In this document: piece after piece, positions 28,248 through 38,096 of the stretch
How the letters are laid out: each line of letters starts with the position of its first letter
Numbering within the stretch: the stretch's first letter is position 1
Source of the DNA: a virus
IMG/VR virus record: IMGVR_UViG_3300025840_000011
DNA: 64,000 bases
Direction: 5' to 3' (one strand)
The notes under the pieces: model-generated
What the model saw: only the letters and a program-made list of their open reading frames with translations
Database searches by the model: none
Told to the model about the DNA's origin: nothing
Position numbers and translations under genes: made by a program

Positions 28248-29993
28248 ATGCCAACCAACCCATATATCAGTCAGTCTGTAAAGAGTGAACAGAACTTATA
28301 CGAAGACTTGGTGATTGAGTCACTGAAGTTTTACGGACAAGACGTATACTACATTCCACGAGAGATCGTCAATAAAGATAAAGTCTTTCTTGATGACGTT
28401 CCGTCACGCTTCACTGATGCGTATAAGGTGGAGATGTATATTGAGAACGTGGAAGGATGGCAGGGTGAGGGTGACTTGTTTACGAAATTCGGTATTGAGT
28501 TGCGTGACCAAGCTACCTTTGTTGTTGCACGTAGACGTTGGAAGAAACTGATCGGTGACTATCTGACCGAAAATAACTTCCGTCCACGTGAGGGTGATGT
28601 AATCTACACACCATTGTCAGAGTCTATCTGGCAGATCACTAAGGTAGAAACCGAAACTCCTTTCTACCAACTCAGTCAACTACCTACGTTCAGACTTCAG
28701 TGCGAACTCTTCGAGTACAGTGACGAAGACTTTGACACGGGTATCGACGATATTGACATCATCGAATATGAGGGTGCATATCAGTATGCACTGACAATGC
28801 ATCCTAATGATACTACGGGTAGTATCGCCACCGCAACCGTTGATGGATTGGATTTCAACGGAGGTATTACAGGACTTACAGTTACTCACGCCGGTGCGGG
28901 ATATGATAGTGCGGGTGCGGTTGTTGCAACATTCTCTGGTTTCGACTCGGCCGGTAACACCGCTAAGTTCGGTGAAAACTCTATCAACATGTCCCTCTCT
29001 AGAGGTATTGAAGGTAACGATCTTAAACTCATCGACAGTAGTGGTTTTGTCGAATACTTCCTGAGACTCAATGCATATCCGACTTCGGGTCAAGGTGCCA
29101 TGTTCACCATTGGTGGTGGACAAGACGGAGGTACTAAACAGTATATCTTTGGTGTCGGTTCAGGCGGAGGTATTGTATACTCTCGTGCAGACAATGAGGG
29201 AGACTCTGCACAAATTGTTGGTGGTGTCACTCTCAGTTTGGGATCTTGGAACCACATAGGTATCGGTCAAGACAGCGATACCATGTACATGTTCATAAAC
29301 GGAAGTAGAGTCACACCAAACGTTACCCTTCCAAATACTGCGGACTTTATCAGTGGTACGTATTCGTTTGGTGCGGTTGCCGCCCGTGATCTGGATGGTA
29401 TATCTTATGGTGGTCTCTCCGGTCACATCGATGAGATCAAGGTTTCTGCGGGTACAGAAAATCAGATTCTCGCAAGTCGTTATTCCGGAGACTCCGACAC
29501 AATCACTGTTCCTACTGTAGAACATGATAGTGACTCAAGAACATCTCTACTTGAACACGCTAACGGAACTCTACCTACGGTTACTGCGGTGTTGAACTCT
29601 TCGGGTGGAATTGGATCTTTAACAGTAGACACTGCTGGTTTCAACTACAACGGTACACCTACTGTATCTTTCAATACACCTGTAAACGGAGGAAACTTCG
29701 CTACGGGACAGATCGTTACTCAGGTATTCCCTACATACACAATGAAGGGCGAGGTAACAGACTGGTCAGATTCAGATCGTGTACTGCAACTCGCACACGT
29801 AGGTGCGACAGACGGGAAGTTCCACGAGTTCAATACAACACGCATGGTTACTAGTGGTTCGGTGCAACACGTTCCTTCATTGGTGACTGAGTTACAGGAG
29901 ATTCAGAATACCGCACAGAATAAGATATTCGATGACTTTGAGGGCGACTTCTTAGACTTCTCAGAAAGTAACCCGTTTGGAGATATGAGTTAA
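28248..29993 (+). CDS. gp14: Neck protein gp14 with an inserted LamG-like domain
   Basis: EQ.LYEDLVIESL..YG.DVYYIPR, RPREGD, CELFEYS, C-terminal DFSESNPFG; central WNHI...MFING...GHIDEIKVS. Confidence 0.85.
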   Translation: MPTNPYISQSVKSEQNLYEDLVIESLKFYGQDVYYIPREIVNKDKVFLDDVPSRFTDAYKVEMYIENVEGWQGEGDLFTKFGIELRDQATFVVARRRWKKLIGDYLTENNFRPREGDVIYTPLSESIWQITKVETETPFYQLSQLPTFRLQCELFEYSDEDFDTGIDDIDIIEYEGAYQYALTMHPNDTTGSIATATVDGLDFNGGITGLTVTHAGAGYDSAGAVVATFSGFDSAGNTAKFGENSINMSLSRGIEGNDLKLIDSSGFVEYFLRLNAYPTSGQGAMFTIGGGQDGGTKQYIFGVGSGGGIVYSRADNEGDSAQIVGGVTLSLGSWNHIGIGQDSDTMYMFINGSRVTPNVTLPNTADFISGTYSFGAVAARDLDGISYGGLSGHIDEIKVSAGTENQILASRYSGDSDTITVPTVEHDSDSRTSLLEHANGTLPTVTAVLNSSGGIGSLTVDTAGFNYNGTPTVSFNTPVNGGNFATGQIVTQVFPTYTMKGEVTDWSDSDRVLQLAHVGATDGKFHEFNTTRMVTSGSVQHVPSLVTELQEIQNTAQNKIFDDFEGDFLDFSESNPFGDMS

Positions 29994-30766
29994 TGTTTGG
30001 TACTTGGTTTTACAACAAGAGAGTGAGGACTGCGGTATCCGTATTCGGATCGTTGTTCAATAACCTTTATGTCCTAAGACAGAACGCAAGTGGACAGACT
30101 ATATCTACCGCTAAGGTTCCTCTGTCCTATGCACCCCGAAGAGACTTTATCGAAAGACTTGAAGCCATGCAGAGAGGTGAAGAGGCAGAACGTAGAGTTG
30201 CAGTCAAACTACCTAGAATGTCTTTCGAGATCACCAACATGCGGTATGACTCACTCAGACAGTTACCCAAGGTAAACTCTTTCTACGAAAACGTAGCGGG
30301 AGATGATTACAAACGTAAACGGGTGTACACATCTGTACCCTACGACATCGACTTCCAACTCAGTGTGTTTGCAAAGACACAAGATGATGCACTACAGATT
30401 GTAGAACAAATCATTCCATACTTCAACCCACAGTATTCAATTACTGTAAAACCCTTTGCGGATGAGATGAATATTAAAGAGGACGTGCCAATCGTCCTCA
30501 CAGGAATAACCTTTCAAGATACCTACGATGGACCTTTAGAGACAAGAAGGACAATCGTTTATGATCTAACCTTCACCATGAAACTGTCTTTCTATGGACC
30601 GGAGAAAACTCAGAGTATTATTAGAGAGGTTAATAACAATCTGTATCTCATGGGTGCAGACAGTGACACCTTTATTCATAACATAAATATTACACCGGAT
30701 CCAATTGATGTGAGTCCGGATAGTGACTATGGTTTTAATGTACAGTATTTGGATAGCGCCGGATGA
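29993..30766 (+). CDS. gp15: Tail sheath stabiliser gp15
   Basis: FGSLFN, VPLSYAP, LPRMSFE, QIVEQIIPYFNP. Confidence 0.9.
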   Translation: MFGTWFYNKRVRTAVSVFGSLFNNLYVLRQNASGQTISTAKVPLSYAPRRDFIERLEAMQRGEEAERRVAVKLPRMSFEITNMRYDSLRQLPKVNSFYENVAGDDYKRKRVYTSVPYDIDFQLSVFAKTQDDALQIVEQIIPYFNPQYSITVKPFADEMNIKEDVPIVLTGITFQDTYDGPLETRRTIVYDLTFTMKLSFYGPEKTQSIIREVNNNLYLMGADSDTFIHNINITPDPIDVSPDSDYGFNVQYLDSAG

Positions 30767-31110
30767 GTGAAGACAACAAGAATATAAAGACAGACTACGA
30801 GTATTCTAGGGAGACGTATTACGACATCCTTGAGAAGGGACGTGAGTCTATGGATCTGATGATTGAGGTCGCTCGACAGAGTGAACACCCTCGTGCGTTT
30901 GAAGTCCTGTCCACCATGATGAAGAACATGGCAGACATCAACGACAAGTTGATGGAACTGAACAAGAAGAAAAAGGACGTAGAGAAAGAGGAACCCAAAC
31001 AAGTCGGTACTACAAACAACAATCTCTTTATCGGGTCTACGACTGAACTCCAAAGATTTCTACAGAATGAACAAAAGGTGATTGATGCAGAGCCCATACG
31101 AGAAGAATAA
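30763..31110 (+). CDS. gp16: Terminase small subunit
   Basis: DYEYSR, HPRAFEV, NNNLFIGSTTELQ. Confidence 0.9.
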   Translation: MSEDNKNIKTDYEYSRETYYDILEKGRESMDLMIEVARQSEHPRAFEVLSTMMKNMADINDKLMELNKKKKDVEKEEPKQVGTTNNNLFIGSTTELQRFLQNEQKVIDAEPIREE

Positions 31111-32686
31111 TTACCTTGGTAATCCTAACGTTAAAAAGGATGGGGTTAACGAGGAATGGGATTCTCACAAGGTTTCGGAATATCAGAAATGTATGCAAAA
31201 TCCCGCATACTTTGCGAAGACCTATGTCAAGATTATATCACTTGATAAGGGACTTGTCAACTTCGACTTGTATCCATACCAAGAGAAAATGTTCCGACAC
31301 TTCAACGAGAACAGATTTTCTATTGTACTCGCTTGTAGACAGTCCGGCAAATCTATTTCGTCTGTGGTCTACCTTCTATGGTATGCAATCTTTCATCCCG
31401 AAAAGACTATTGCAATTCTTGCAAACAAGGGTTCAACTGCAAGGGAGATGTTAGCGCGTGTTACACTCGCCCTTGAAAATTTACCTTTCTTTCTCCAACC
31501 GGGCTGCAAAGCACTCAACAAAGGTAGCATCGAATTTTCCAACAATAGTCGTATTATCGCTGCTGCTACCAGTGGCAGTTCTATCCGTGGTATGTCTGTT
31601 AACCTTCTATTTCTTGATGAGTTTGCTTTCGTTGAACGGGCTTCTGAATTCTATACTTCTACCTACCCTGTCATCTCTTCTGGAAAGGACACAAAGGTTG
31701 TCATCACATCTACTGCAAACGGTATCGGAAACACTTTCCACAAGATATGGGAAGGGGCGGTACAAAAAGTTAATGAGTATCAGGCATTCACAGTAAACTG
31801 GTGGGATGTGCCAGGCCGTGATGAGGAGTGGAAGAAACAGACTATATCAAATACATCTCAACTCCAGTTTGATCAGGAGTTCGGGAACACATTTTTCGGG
31901 ACGGGTGATACTTTAATCAATGCAGAGACTCTGCTTGACTTTCGATCAAAACCGCCAATTGAAGTTCTCGAAGGTGGGAACTTCTTGGTATATCAGACCC
32001 CTCAAAAGGGTCACGAATACATCACCTTAGTAGATGTATCAAAAGGTAGAGGGCAGGATTATTCTACGTTTAACGTAATCGACATATCGGTCCAACCTTT
32101 TAAACAGGTTGCGGTTTATCGCTGTAACACTATATCTCCAATTCTCTTACCCAACTTTATCTATAAGTATTCGAATCTCTACAACAACGCATACGTAGTA
32201 ATTGAATCAAATGATGCGGGTTCGGTGGTATGTAATGGATTATATCATGACTTGGAGTATGAGAATGTTCACGTTACCAGTTCAGTAAAAGCGTCTGGTA
32301 TTGGTATTGAAATGAACCGTAAGGTCAAACGTCTGGGCTGTTCTGCAATCAAGGACATCCTTGAAAACCGCAAGTTGGAAATTGTTGATGAGAATACCAT
32401 ACTAGAGATATCGACGTTCGTATCGAAGGGTCAGTCTTATGAGGCGTCTGAAGGAAACCACGATGATCTCATGATGAACTTAGTACTGTTTGGGTATTTT
32501 GTCTCAACGCAATTCTTTGCAGATATGACCGACATCAACATCAAACAGATGTTATTTGAAAGAAGAATGAAGGAGATCGAAGACGATGTACCCCCATTCG
32601 GTTTTGTTGATACTGGATTAGAAAATATAGTTGAGGAACCGATTATAGAAAATGAGTGGCAAGTCTGGAAACAGGATAACTGGTGA
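31085..32686 (+). CDS. gp17: Terminase large subunit
   Basis: RQSGKS Walker A, LDEFAF Walker B, STANG, HDDLMM. Confidence 0.95.
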   Translation: MQSPYEKNNYLGNPNVKKDGVNEEWDSHKVSEYQKCMQNPAYFAKTYVKIISLDKGLVNFDLYPYQEKMFRHFNENRFSIVLACRQSGKSISSVVYLLWYAIFHPEKTIAILANKGSTAREMLARVTLALENLPFFLQPGCKALNKGSIEFSNNSRIIAAATSGSSIRGMSVNLLFLDEFAFVERASEFYTSTYPVISSGKDTKVVITSTANGIGNTFHKIWEGAVQKVNEYQAFTVNWWDVPGRDEEWKKQTISNTSQLQFDQEFGNTFFGTGDTLINAETLLDFRSKPPIEVLEGGNFLVYQTPQKGHEYITLVDVSKGRGQDYSTFNVIDISVQPFKQVAVYRCNTISPILLPNFIYKYSNLYNNAYVVIESNDAGSVVCNGLYHDLEYENVHVTSSVKASGIGIEMNRKVKRLGCSAIKDILENRKLEIVDENTILEISTFVSKGQSYEASEGNHDDLMMNLVLFGYFVSTQFFADMTDINIKQMLFERRMKEIEDDVPPFGFVDTGLENIVEEPIIENEWQVWKQDNW

Positions 32687-32699
32687 AATTCTCCCTTTT

Positions 32700-32707
32700 T
32701 ATAAATA
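32700..32707 (+). promoter_or_regulatory. Late promoter TATAAATA
   Basis: Exact consensus upstream of gp18. Confidence 0.8.
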
Positions 32708-32772
32708 AAAGTGTTGAATAGACCCGTATCATGTTAAACTCATAATTTGTAAACGAAAAAAGGAAAACAGTC

Positions 32773-34611
32773 ATGGCATTAACCACACCGTCTGCTTCTC
32801 CTGCAATCACAGTCAAAGAGATCGACCTCTCAGGATTCGCTCCTAATGTCACAACTTCGACTGGTGCGTTTGTAGGTAAGTTTCGTTGGGGCCCGGCAGA
32901 GGAACGCACACTAGTAGCAGATGAAGCTGGTCTAGTGCAAGTTTTCGCCGCACCTAATGAAGATCATGCGACAGACTTTTTGTCTGCCGTGTACTTTTTA
33001 AAGTACTCAAACTCGTTGTTTGTTGTACGTGGTCACAATGGTTCTAAAAACGCACATTCCGGTTATGCCGCGGATGTGAACACCAGTGACTCCGGAGACA
33101 ACATCGTAGTAAAAAACACTAATCACTTCGATACCACAGTCAAGAGTTCTCTCAATGCATCCACCAATAACTCTGGTGCATTCATTTCGAGATTCCCTGG
33201 CGCTTTGGGTAACGGACTTTCAGTAACATTCTGTCCTGCCGACAGTGCAGATCGTTACTTTAATCAATGGGACTATCGTGGTTCCTTTGACCGTGCACCC
33301 ACTTCAAGTTCTTGGGCGACAGATCGTTCAGGTACTTTGGATGAAATCCACGTTGCGGTTATTGACCGCAAGGGTGAATTCACAGGTACGCCTGGCTCGG
33401 TACTCGAAACCTTCCCACACCTTTCAGTTGCAAAAGGTGCGGTATCTACAGAAGGTGAACCACAGTACGTGGTAGACGCCATCAACCAGTCTTCTGGATA
33501 TATCAGAATGTCTGGTTACTTTGATGGTGACTCTGCATTCTCTTCCACTCTTGCTGGTGGACAGGGTATTGGTCAGTACTGGGGAACCACTCCTGAAGTA
33601 GATTCCGCTACTAACTTTAGTACAGGAACTTCTGGATGGTTGAATTGGGACTCAGACAATAACGCACTCATCAAACTTTCGAATGGTGCAGATGACACTG
33701 ACTTCACCGCTGGTGATATTGGTACTGCATTCGACTTGTTTGAAGATACAGAGAACGTCACAGTAGACTTCCTGATCTCACCTGTAGGTAACGGATCAGT
33801 GAATGACAGTGACGCTGTTACTATTGTCAATGATCTTAACGGTATCGCACAACAGACTCGTAAAGACTGTGTTGTCGTGACTTCACCTAAGCGTAATGAT
33901 ACTGTTGGTGTCGCCGCTGGCACTGCGGTTTCCAATGCGGTTACGTTTGCAAATAGTTTGACAAACTCATCGTACCTAGTAGTCGATAACAACTACCTCA
34001 AGGTTTTCGACAAGTACAATGACAAGTATGTCTTCATTCCTGCTGCATCATCTACTGCTGGTCTTATGGCTGCAACAGATGCGGTGGCCGCTCCTTGGTT
34101 CTCCCCTGCTGGTCAACGTAGAGGTAATTATGTCGGTGTAACCGATCTTGCAATTACTCCTAACAAGACTCAGAGAGATACATTGTATAAGGCGGGTATT
34201 AACCCCATCGCCAACATTCCTGGCGCTGCAATCGTACTCTTCGGGGATAAAACCCATGAGAACAGACCTTCTGCATTCGACAGAATCAACGTTCGTAGAT
34301 TGTTCCTTGCACTGGAGCGTTCAATCGCTGCCGCTGCGAAGAACATCCTGTTTGAATTCAACGACGAGTTTACTCGTGCAGAATTCGTGAACGTTGTCGA
34401 ACCTCTGTTGCGTGAGATCAGGGGTCGAAGAGGTATCACAGACTTCCGTGTTGTATGTGACGAAACAAACAACACGCCCGCTGTGGTCGATAGAAACGAA
34501 TTTGTCGCTTCCATCTTTATCAAACCCGCACGTTCAATCAACTACGTAACACTGAACTTTGTTGCAGTTAGAACGGGTGTCCAGTTTGATGAAGTTGTGG
34601 GTGCGGTCTAA
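32773..34611 (+). CDS. gp18: Tail sheath protein
   Basis: SP...VKEIDL, WFSPAG, FDRINVRRLF, KPARSINY. Confidence 0.95.
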   Translation: MALTTPSASPAITVKEIDLSGFAPNVTTSTGAFVGKFRWGPAEERTLVADEAGLVQVFAAPNEDHATDFLSAVYFLKYSNSLFVVRGHNGSKNAHSGYAADVNTSDSGDNIVVKNTNHFDTTVKSSLNASTNNSGAFISRFPGALGNGLSVTFCPADSADRYFNQWDYRGSFDRAPTSSSWATDRSGTLDEIHVAVIDRKGEFTGTPGSVLETFPHLSVAKGAVSTEGEPQYVVDAINQSSGYIRMSGYFDGDSAFSSTLAGGQGIGQYWGTTPEVDSATNFSTGTSGWLNWDSDNNALIKLSNGADDTDFTAGDIGTAFDLFEDTENVTVDFLISPVGNGSVNDSDAVTIVNDLNGIAQQTRKDCVVVTSPKRNDTVGVAAGTAVSNAVTFANSLTNSSYLVVDNNYLKVFDKYNDKYVFIPAASSTAGLMAATDAVAAPWFSPAGQRRGNYVGVTDLAITPNKTQRDTLYKAGINPIANIPGAAIVLFGDKTHENRPSAFDRINVRRLFLALERSIAAAAKNILFEFNDEFTRAEFVNVVEPLLREIRGRRGITDFRVVCDETNNTPAVVDRNEFVASIFIKPARSINYVTLNFVAVRTGVQFDEVVGAV

Positions 34612-34630
34612 GATAACAGGAGCTTAAGAA

Positions 34631-35158
34631 ATGGCAATTTTAGGAGTAGATGACTTCAAGTCGAAGTTAAGAGGTGGTGGCGCTCGCGCCAACATGTTCA
34701 AGGCGACTGTTAACTTCCCCGCATATGCAGGGGGAGATGTGGAACTCACATCTTTCCTATGTAAGGCGGCACAGTTGCCCGCATCCGAAATGGGGGTTGT
34801 TACAATCCCGTTTCGTGGTAGACAGTTGAAGATCGCCGGTGACCGTACCTTCGGTACGTGGACCGTGACTATCATCAACGATACGGACTTCTTGGTACGT
34901 AACTCACTCGAACAGTGGATGAATGGTATTAATTCTCACCAAGCAAACACTGGTCTTACCAACCCCGTTGACTATCAGGCTGACCTGATCGTTGAACAGT
35001 TGGACAAGGATGGGTCAACTATCAAGACATATAATTTCCGTGGGTGTTTCCCAACTAACGTTGCGGCCATCGACGTGAATTATGAAACAGTAGATGCGAT
35101 TGAGGACTTCACTTGTGAATTCCAAGTCCAGTACTGGGAGTCTAACACTACCAATTAA
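34631..35158 (+). CDS. gp19: Tail tube protein
   Basis: GGARANMF, FRGRQLKIAGDRTF. Confidence 0.95.
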   Translation: MAILGVDDFKSKLRGGGARANMFKATVNFPAYAGGDVELTSFLCKAAQLPASEMGVVTIPFRGRQLKIAGDRTFGTWTVTIINDTDFLVRNSLEQWMNGINSHQANTGLTNPVDYQADLIVEQLDKDGSTIKTYNFRGCFPTNVAAIDVNYETVDAIEDFTCEFQVQYWESNTTN

Positions 35159-35175
35159 TGGTGGTATAAGTATAG

Positions 35176-35206
35176 GGTACGGAGGGGTAACTCTCCGTAC
35201 CTTCTT
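35176..35206 (+). terminator. Hairpin, likely intrinsic terminator after gp19
   Basis: ggtacggag...ctccgtacc followed by ttctt. Confidence 0.55.
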
Positions 35207-35228
35207 ACTATAGTAGAGTTTGGAATAT

Positions 35229-36746
35229 ATGGCAGAGAACAACGGTATCAAACTTTTTGGATTCGAGTTAAAGAGGATCCAGAAGAAAGATAAAGAACAG
35301 GAAAAACTCCCCTCTATTGTCCCAAAACAGGATGATGATGGCGCGGGGTATGTAACTGCCAGTGGAGCCCACTTCGGTCAATATATTGACATGAATGGGA
35401 ACGAAGCGAAAGACAATGCAGAACTCATCAAAAAATATCGTGGTATCGCAGAACATCCTGAAGTAGATGCCGCCATCGAAGATATTGTTAATGAGTCTAT
35501 CAGTGCATCTGATGCAGAGTCATCCGTTGAAATCGTTCTTGATAAGGTAGAGGCACCCGACAGAATTAAGAAACTGATTGTTGAAGAATTTGACAATGTA
35601 TGTTCTATGATGAACTTCAATGATCACGCCCACGATATCTTTAGATCGTGGTACGTTGATGGTCGTATCGTACACCATCTAGTAGTAAACGAATCAAACC
35701 TCAAGGCGGGTATTCAAGAGATCCGGTCAATCGACTCCTCTAAGATCCGCAAAGTAAAAGAGGTCAAATACAAAAAGGATCAAAAGACAGACGCCAAAAT
35801 CGTTGATAGTGTAAATGAGTTTTACATCTATCAAGAGAAGGCGGGTGCGAACCAAGGCATCAAATTGTCTCCGGATTCTGTTTCGTATGTGACTTCGGGT
35901 CTACTTGACCCCTCTCGCAAACGTGTAGTGTCTTATCTACACAAGGCAATTAAACCCGTCAACCAGTTAAGGATGATGGAAGACTCTCTGGTGATCTATC
36001 GTCTCGCACGTGCACCTGAGAGAAGAATTTTCTATATCGACGTTGGTAACCTACCTACGGGTAAGGCAGAACAACACATGAAAGACATCATGTCTCGTTA
36101 TAGAAATAAGTTAGTCTACGATGCAAACACTGGACAGATCAAAGATGATCGTAAACACATGTCCATGTTGGAAGACTTCTGGTTACCTCGTAGAGAGGGT
36201 GGACGTGGTACAGAGATCAGTACCCTGCCTGGCGGGGAGAACCTTGGACAGATAGATGACATCATCTACTTCCAGAAGAAACTGTACCGTTCATTGAATG
36301 TACCTATCAATAGACTGGAACAAGAAGCCCAGTTCTCGTTAGGTCGTTCAACAGAAATCAATAGGGACGAAGTAAAGTTCCAGAAGTTTGTTGATAGACT
36401 TCGCAGACGTTTCTCTATGATGTTCTTGGGCATCATCAAGAAACAACTTGTCCTCAAGGGTATCATCACCGATGAGGATTGGGATGAGTGGAAGAACGAT
36501 ATCGTCATCGACTTTATTCGTGACAACCACTTCACCGAACTTAAGAACGCTGAGTTGTTAAGGGAACGTCTGGATACTATGGACAGAATTACACAGTATG
36601 TTGGTGAATACTTCTCGCGTGAATGGGTAATGAAAAATGTCATGATGATGTCAGATGATGACATCGAACAGATGAAAGATGAGGTCGAATCCGAAAACGA
36701 TAAAGGTGACGGAGGAGAGGCGGACGATGGCGACGAATTCCAGTAA
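35229..36746 (+). CDS. gp20: Portal vertex protein
   Basis: WYVDGR, YRLARAPERRIFYIDVGNLP, EDFWLPRREGGRGTEI. Confidence 0.95.
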   Translation: MAENNGIKLFGFELKRIQKKDKEQEKLPSIVPKQDDDGAGYVTASGAHFGQYIDMNGNEAKDNAELIKKYRGIAEHPEVDAAIEDIVNESISASDAESSVEIVLDKVEAPDRIKKLIVEEFDNVCSMMNFNDHAHDIFRSWYVDGRIVHHLVVNESNLKAGIQEIRSIDSSKIRKVKEVKYKKDQKTDAKIVDSVNEFYIYQEKAGANQGIKLSPDSVSYVTSGLLDPSRKRVVSYLHKAIKPVNQLRMMEDSLVIYRLARAPERRIFYIDVGNLPTGKAEQHMKDIMSRYRNKLVYDANTGQIKDDRKHMSMLEDFWLPRREGGRGTEISTLPGGENLGQIDDIIYFQKKLYRSLNVPINRLEQEAQFSLGRSTEINRDEVKFQKFVDRLRRRFSMMFLGIIKKQLVLKGIITDEDWDEWKNDIVIDFIRDNHFTELKNAELLRERLDTMDRITQYVGEYFSREWVMKNVMMMSDDDIEQMKDEVESENDKGDGGEADDGDEFQ

Positions 36747-36850
36747 TGAATTACTTGGAGTGGTTGGCACAGTTCTTTGATTTAAACCATGATGGTCAAG
36801 AAGACCGTCACGATGACTATGAGAAAATAGGAGAACCTGAAGATGAGTGA
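36746..36850 (+). CDS. Putative 34-aa peptide (MNYLEWLAQFFDLNHDGQED...)
   Basis: ATG overlaps the gp20 stop (TAATG) and the ORF fills the gap to the next gene; not in the ORF track. Confidence 0.35.
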   Translation: MNYLEWLAQFFDLNHDGQEDRHDDYEKIGEPEDE

Positions 36851-37187
36851 TAACGAAACAGTTGAAGACGTAGTTGATCAAGAGATCCCTACATCTATGC
36901 AACAGGATTTTATTGACATGGTGCAGGCTGGTAACTTCAACAAAGCGAAGGAACAGTTTGACACCATGATGGCGGACAAGATGACTGCACGTCTTGACGC
37001 CGAGAAAGCGGCAGTCGCATCTAGTATCTTTAACTCTGACGAAGACATCGATCTAGAAGACGATGATTTCTTCGATGTAGAAGATGAAGATGAACTGGAT
37101 GAACTCGACGAGTACGAGTTAGAACTCGAAGATGAGGACACCGCTGAACAAGAGGGTAAAGAAATTTATTCTGGTGCAGAAATCTAA
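36843..37187 (+). CDS. Acidic prohead core protein (gp67-like)
   Basis: Lies between gp20 and gp21; very acidic C-terminus. Confidence 0.65.
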   Translation: MSDNETVEDVVDQEIPTSMQQDFIDMVQAGNFNKAKEQFDTMMADKMTARLDAEKAAVASSIFNSDEDIDLEDDDFFDVEDEDELDELDEYELELEDEDTAEQEGKEIYSGAEI

Positions 37188-37192
37188 ATTTG

Positions 37193-37200
37193 TATAAATA
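37193..37200 (+). promoter_or_regulatory. Late promoter TATAAATA
   Basis: Exact consensus. Confidence 0.8.
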
Positions 37201-37217
37201 ATAGTCAAGGGAAACTT

Positions 37218-37427
37218 ATGCAAACTTTTTTAGAACTTCGTGAGAAGTTGGGACGAAAACCAACTGGTACTATCGTCTACGATAAAAAAATTAATAAGAT
37301 CCCTGTACAGATTTATAAGGACAATAAAGGGTTCACCGCCTATGTTGATGGCGATAGATTGGACACCTTTAAGTCGCAGAAAGATGCACAGAGGTCCGCA
37401 GAGAACATCGTCAAGGAATTAACCTAA
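37218..37427 (+). CDS. Small head-cluster protein
   Basis: MxTFxELRE N-terminus; directly before gp21. Confidence 0.65.
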   Translation: MQTFLELREKLGRKPTGTIVYDKKINKIPVQIYKDNKGFTAYVDGDRLDTFKSQKDAQRSAENIVKELT

Positions 37428-38086
37428 TGAAGTTAATCAGCGAATACGTAGAAAACGATCTACAATGTATTGTAGAGAAGAAAGAAGATGGCGCAAAGAA
37501 ATACGTCATCGAAGGTATTTTCGCGCAGGCGGACGCAAAGAATAGAAACGGACGTATCTACCCCAAACCAATTATGGAGAATGCGGTAGGTAAGTACGTA
37601 AAAGAACAAGTATCTAAGAAACGTGCGGTTGGTGAATTGAATCACCCTGAAGGACCGACAGTTAACTTAGACAAAGTTTCTCACCTCATCACTGACCTCA
37701 AGTTTGAGGGGAATGATGTGGTAGGAAAGGCACAAATATTGGATACTCCTATGGGTAAGATCGTTCAAGGTCTTCTTGAGGGTGGTGTTCAACTAGGTGT
37801 GTCAACTCGTGGTATGGGTAGCCTTGAACAACGGAACGGCGCAATGTACGTCAAAGACGATTTTATTCTTAGTACGGTTGACATCGTACAAGATCCATCC
37901 GCACCGGATGCCTTCGTTAATGGAATCATGGAAGGTGTTGATTGGATCTGGAATAACGGCGTTCTAGAAGCTCAGGTAATTGAAAAAATGGAGACTGAAA
38001 TTAAAACTGCTCCGAAGGCGTTTCGTCCTGAAACGCAAATTCGAGAGTTTAAGAATTTCCTCTCGTTAATTAAATCACAATTGTAA
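37427..38086 (+). CDS. gp21: Prohead protease
   Basis: MKLISE, NRNGRIYP, GELNHP, GVSTRGMGS, DIVQDPSAP. Confidence 0.95.
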   Translation: MKLISEYVENDLQCIVEKKEDGAKKYVIEGIFAQADAKNRNGRIYPKPIMENAVGKYVKEQVSKKRAVGELNHPEGPTVNLDKVSHLITDLKFEGNDVVGKAQILDTPMGKIVQGLLEGGVQLGVSTRGMGSLEQRNGAMYVKDDFILSTVDIVQDPSAPDAFVNGIMEGVDWIWNNGVLEAQVIEKMETEIKTAPKAFRPETQIREFKNFLSLIKSQL

Positions 38087-38096
38087 GGAGTCAATA

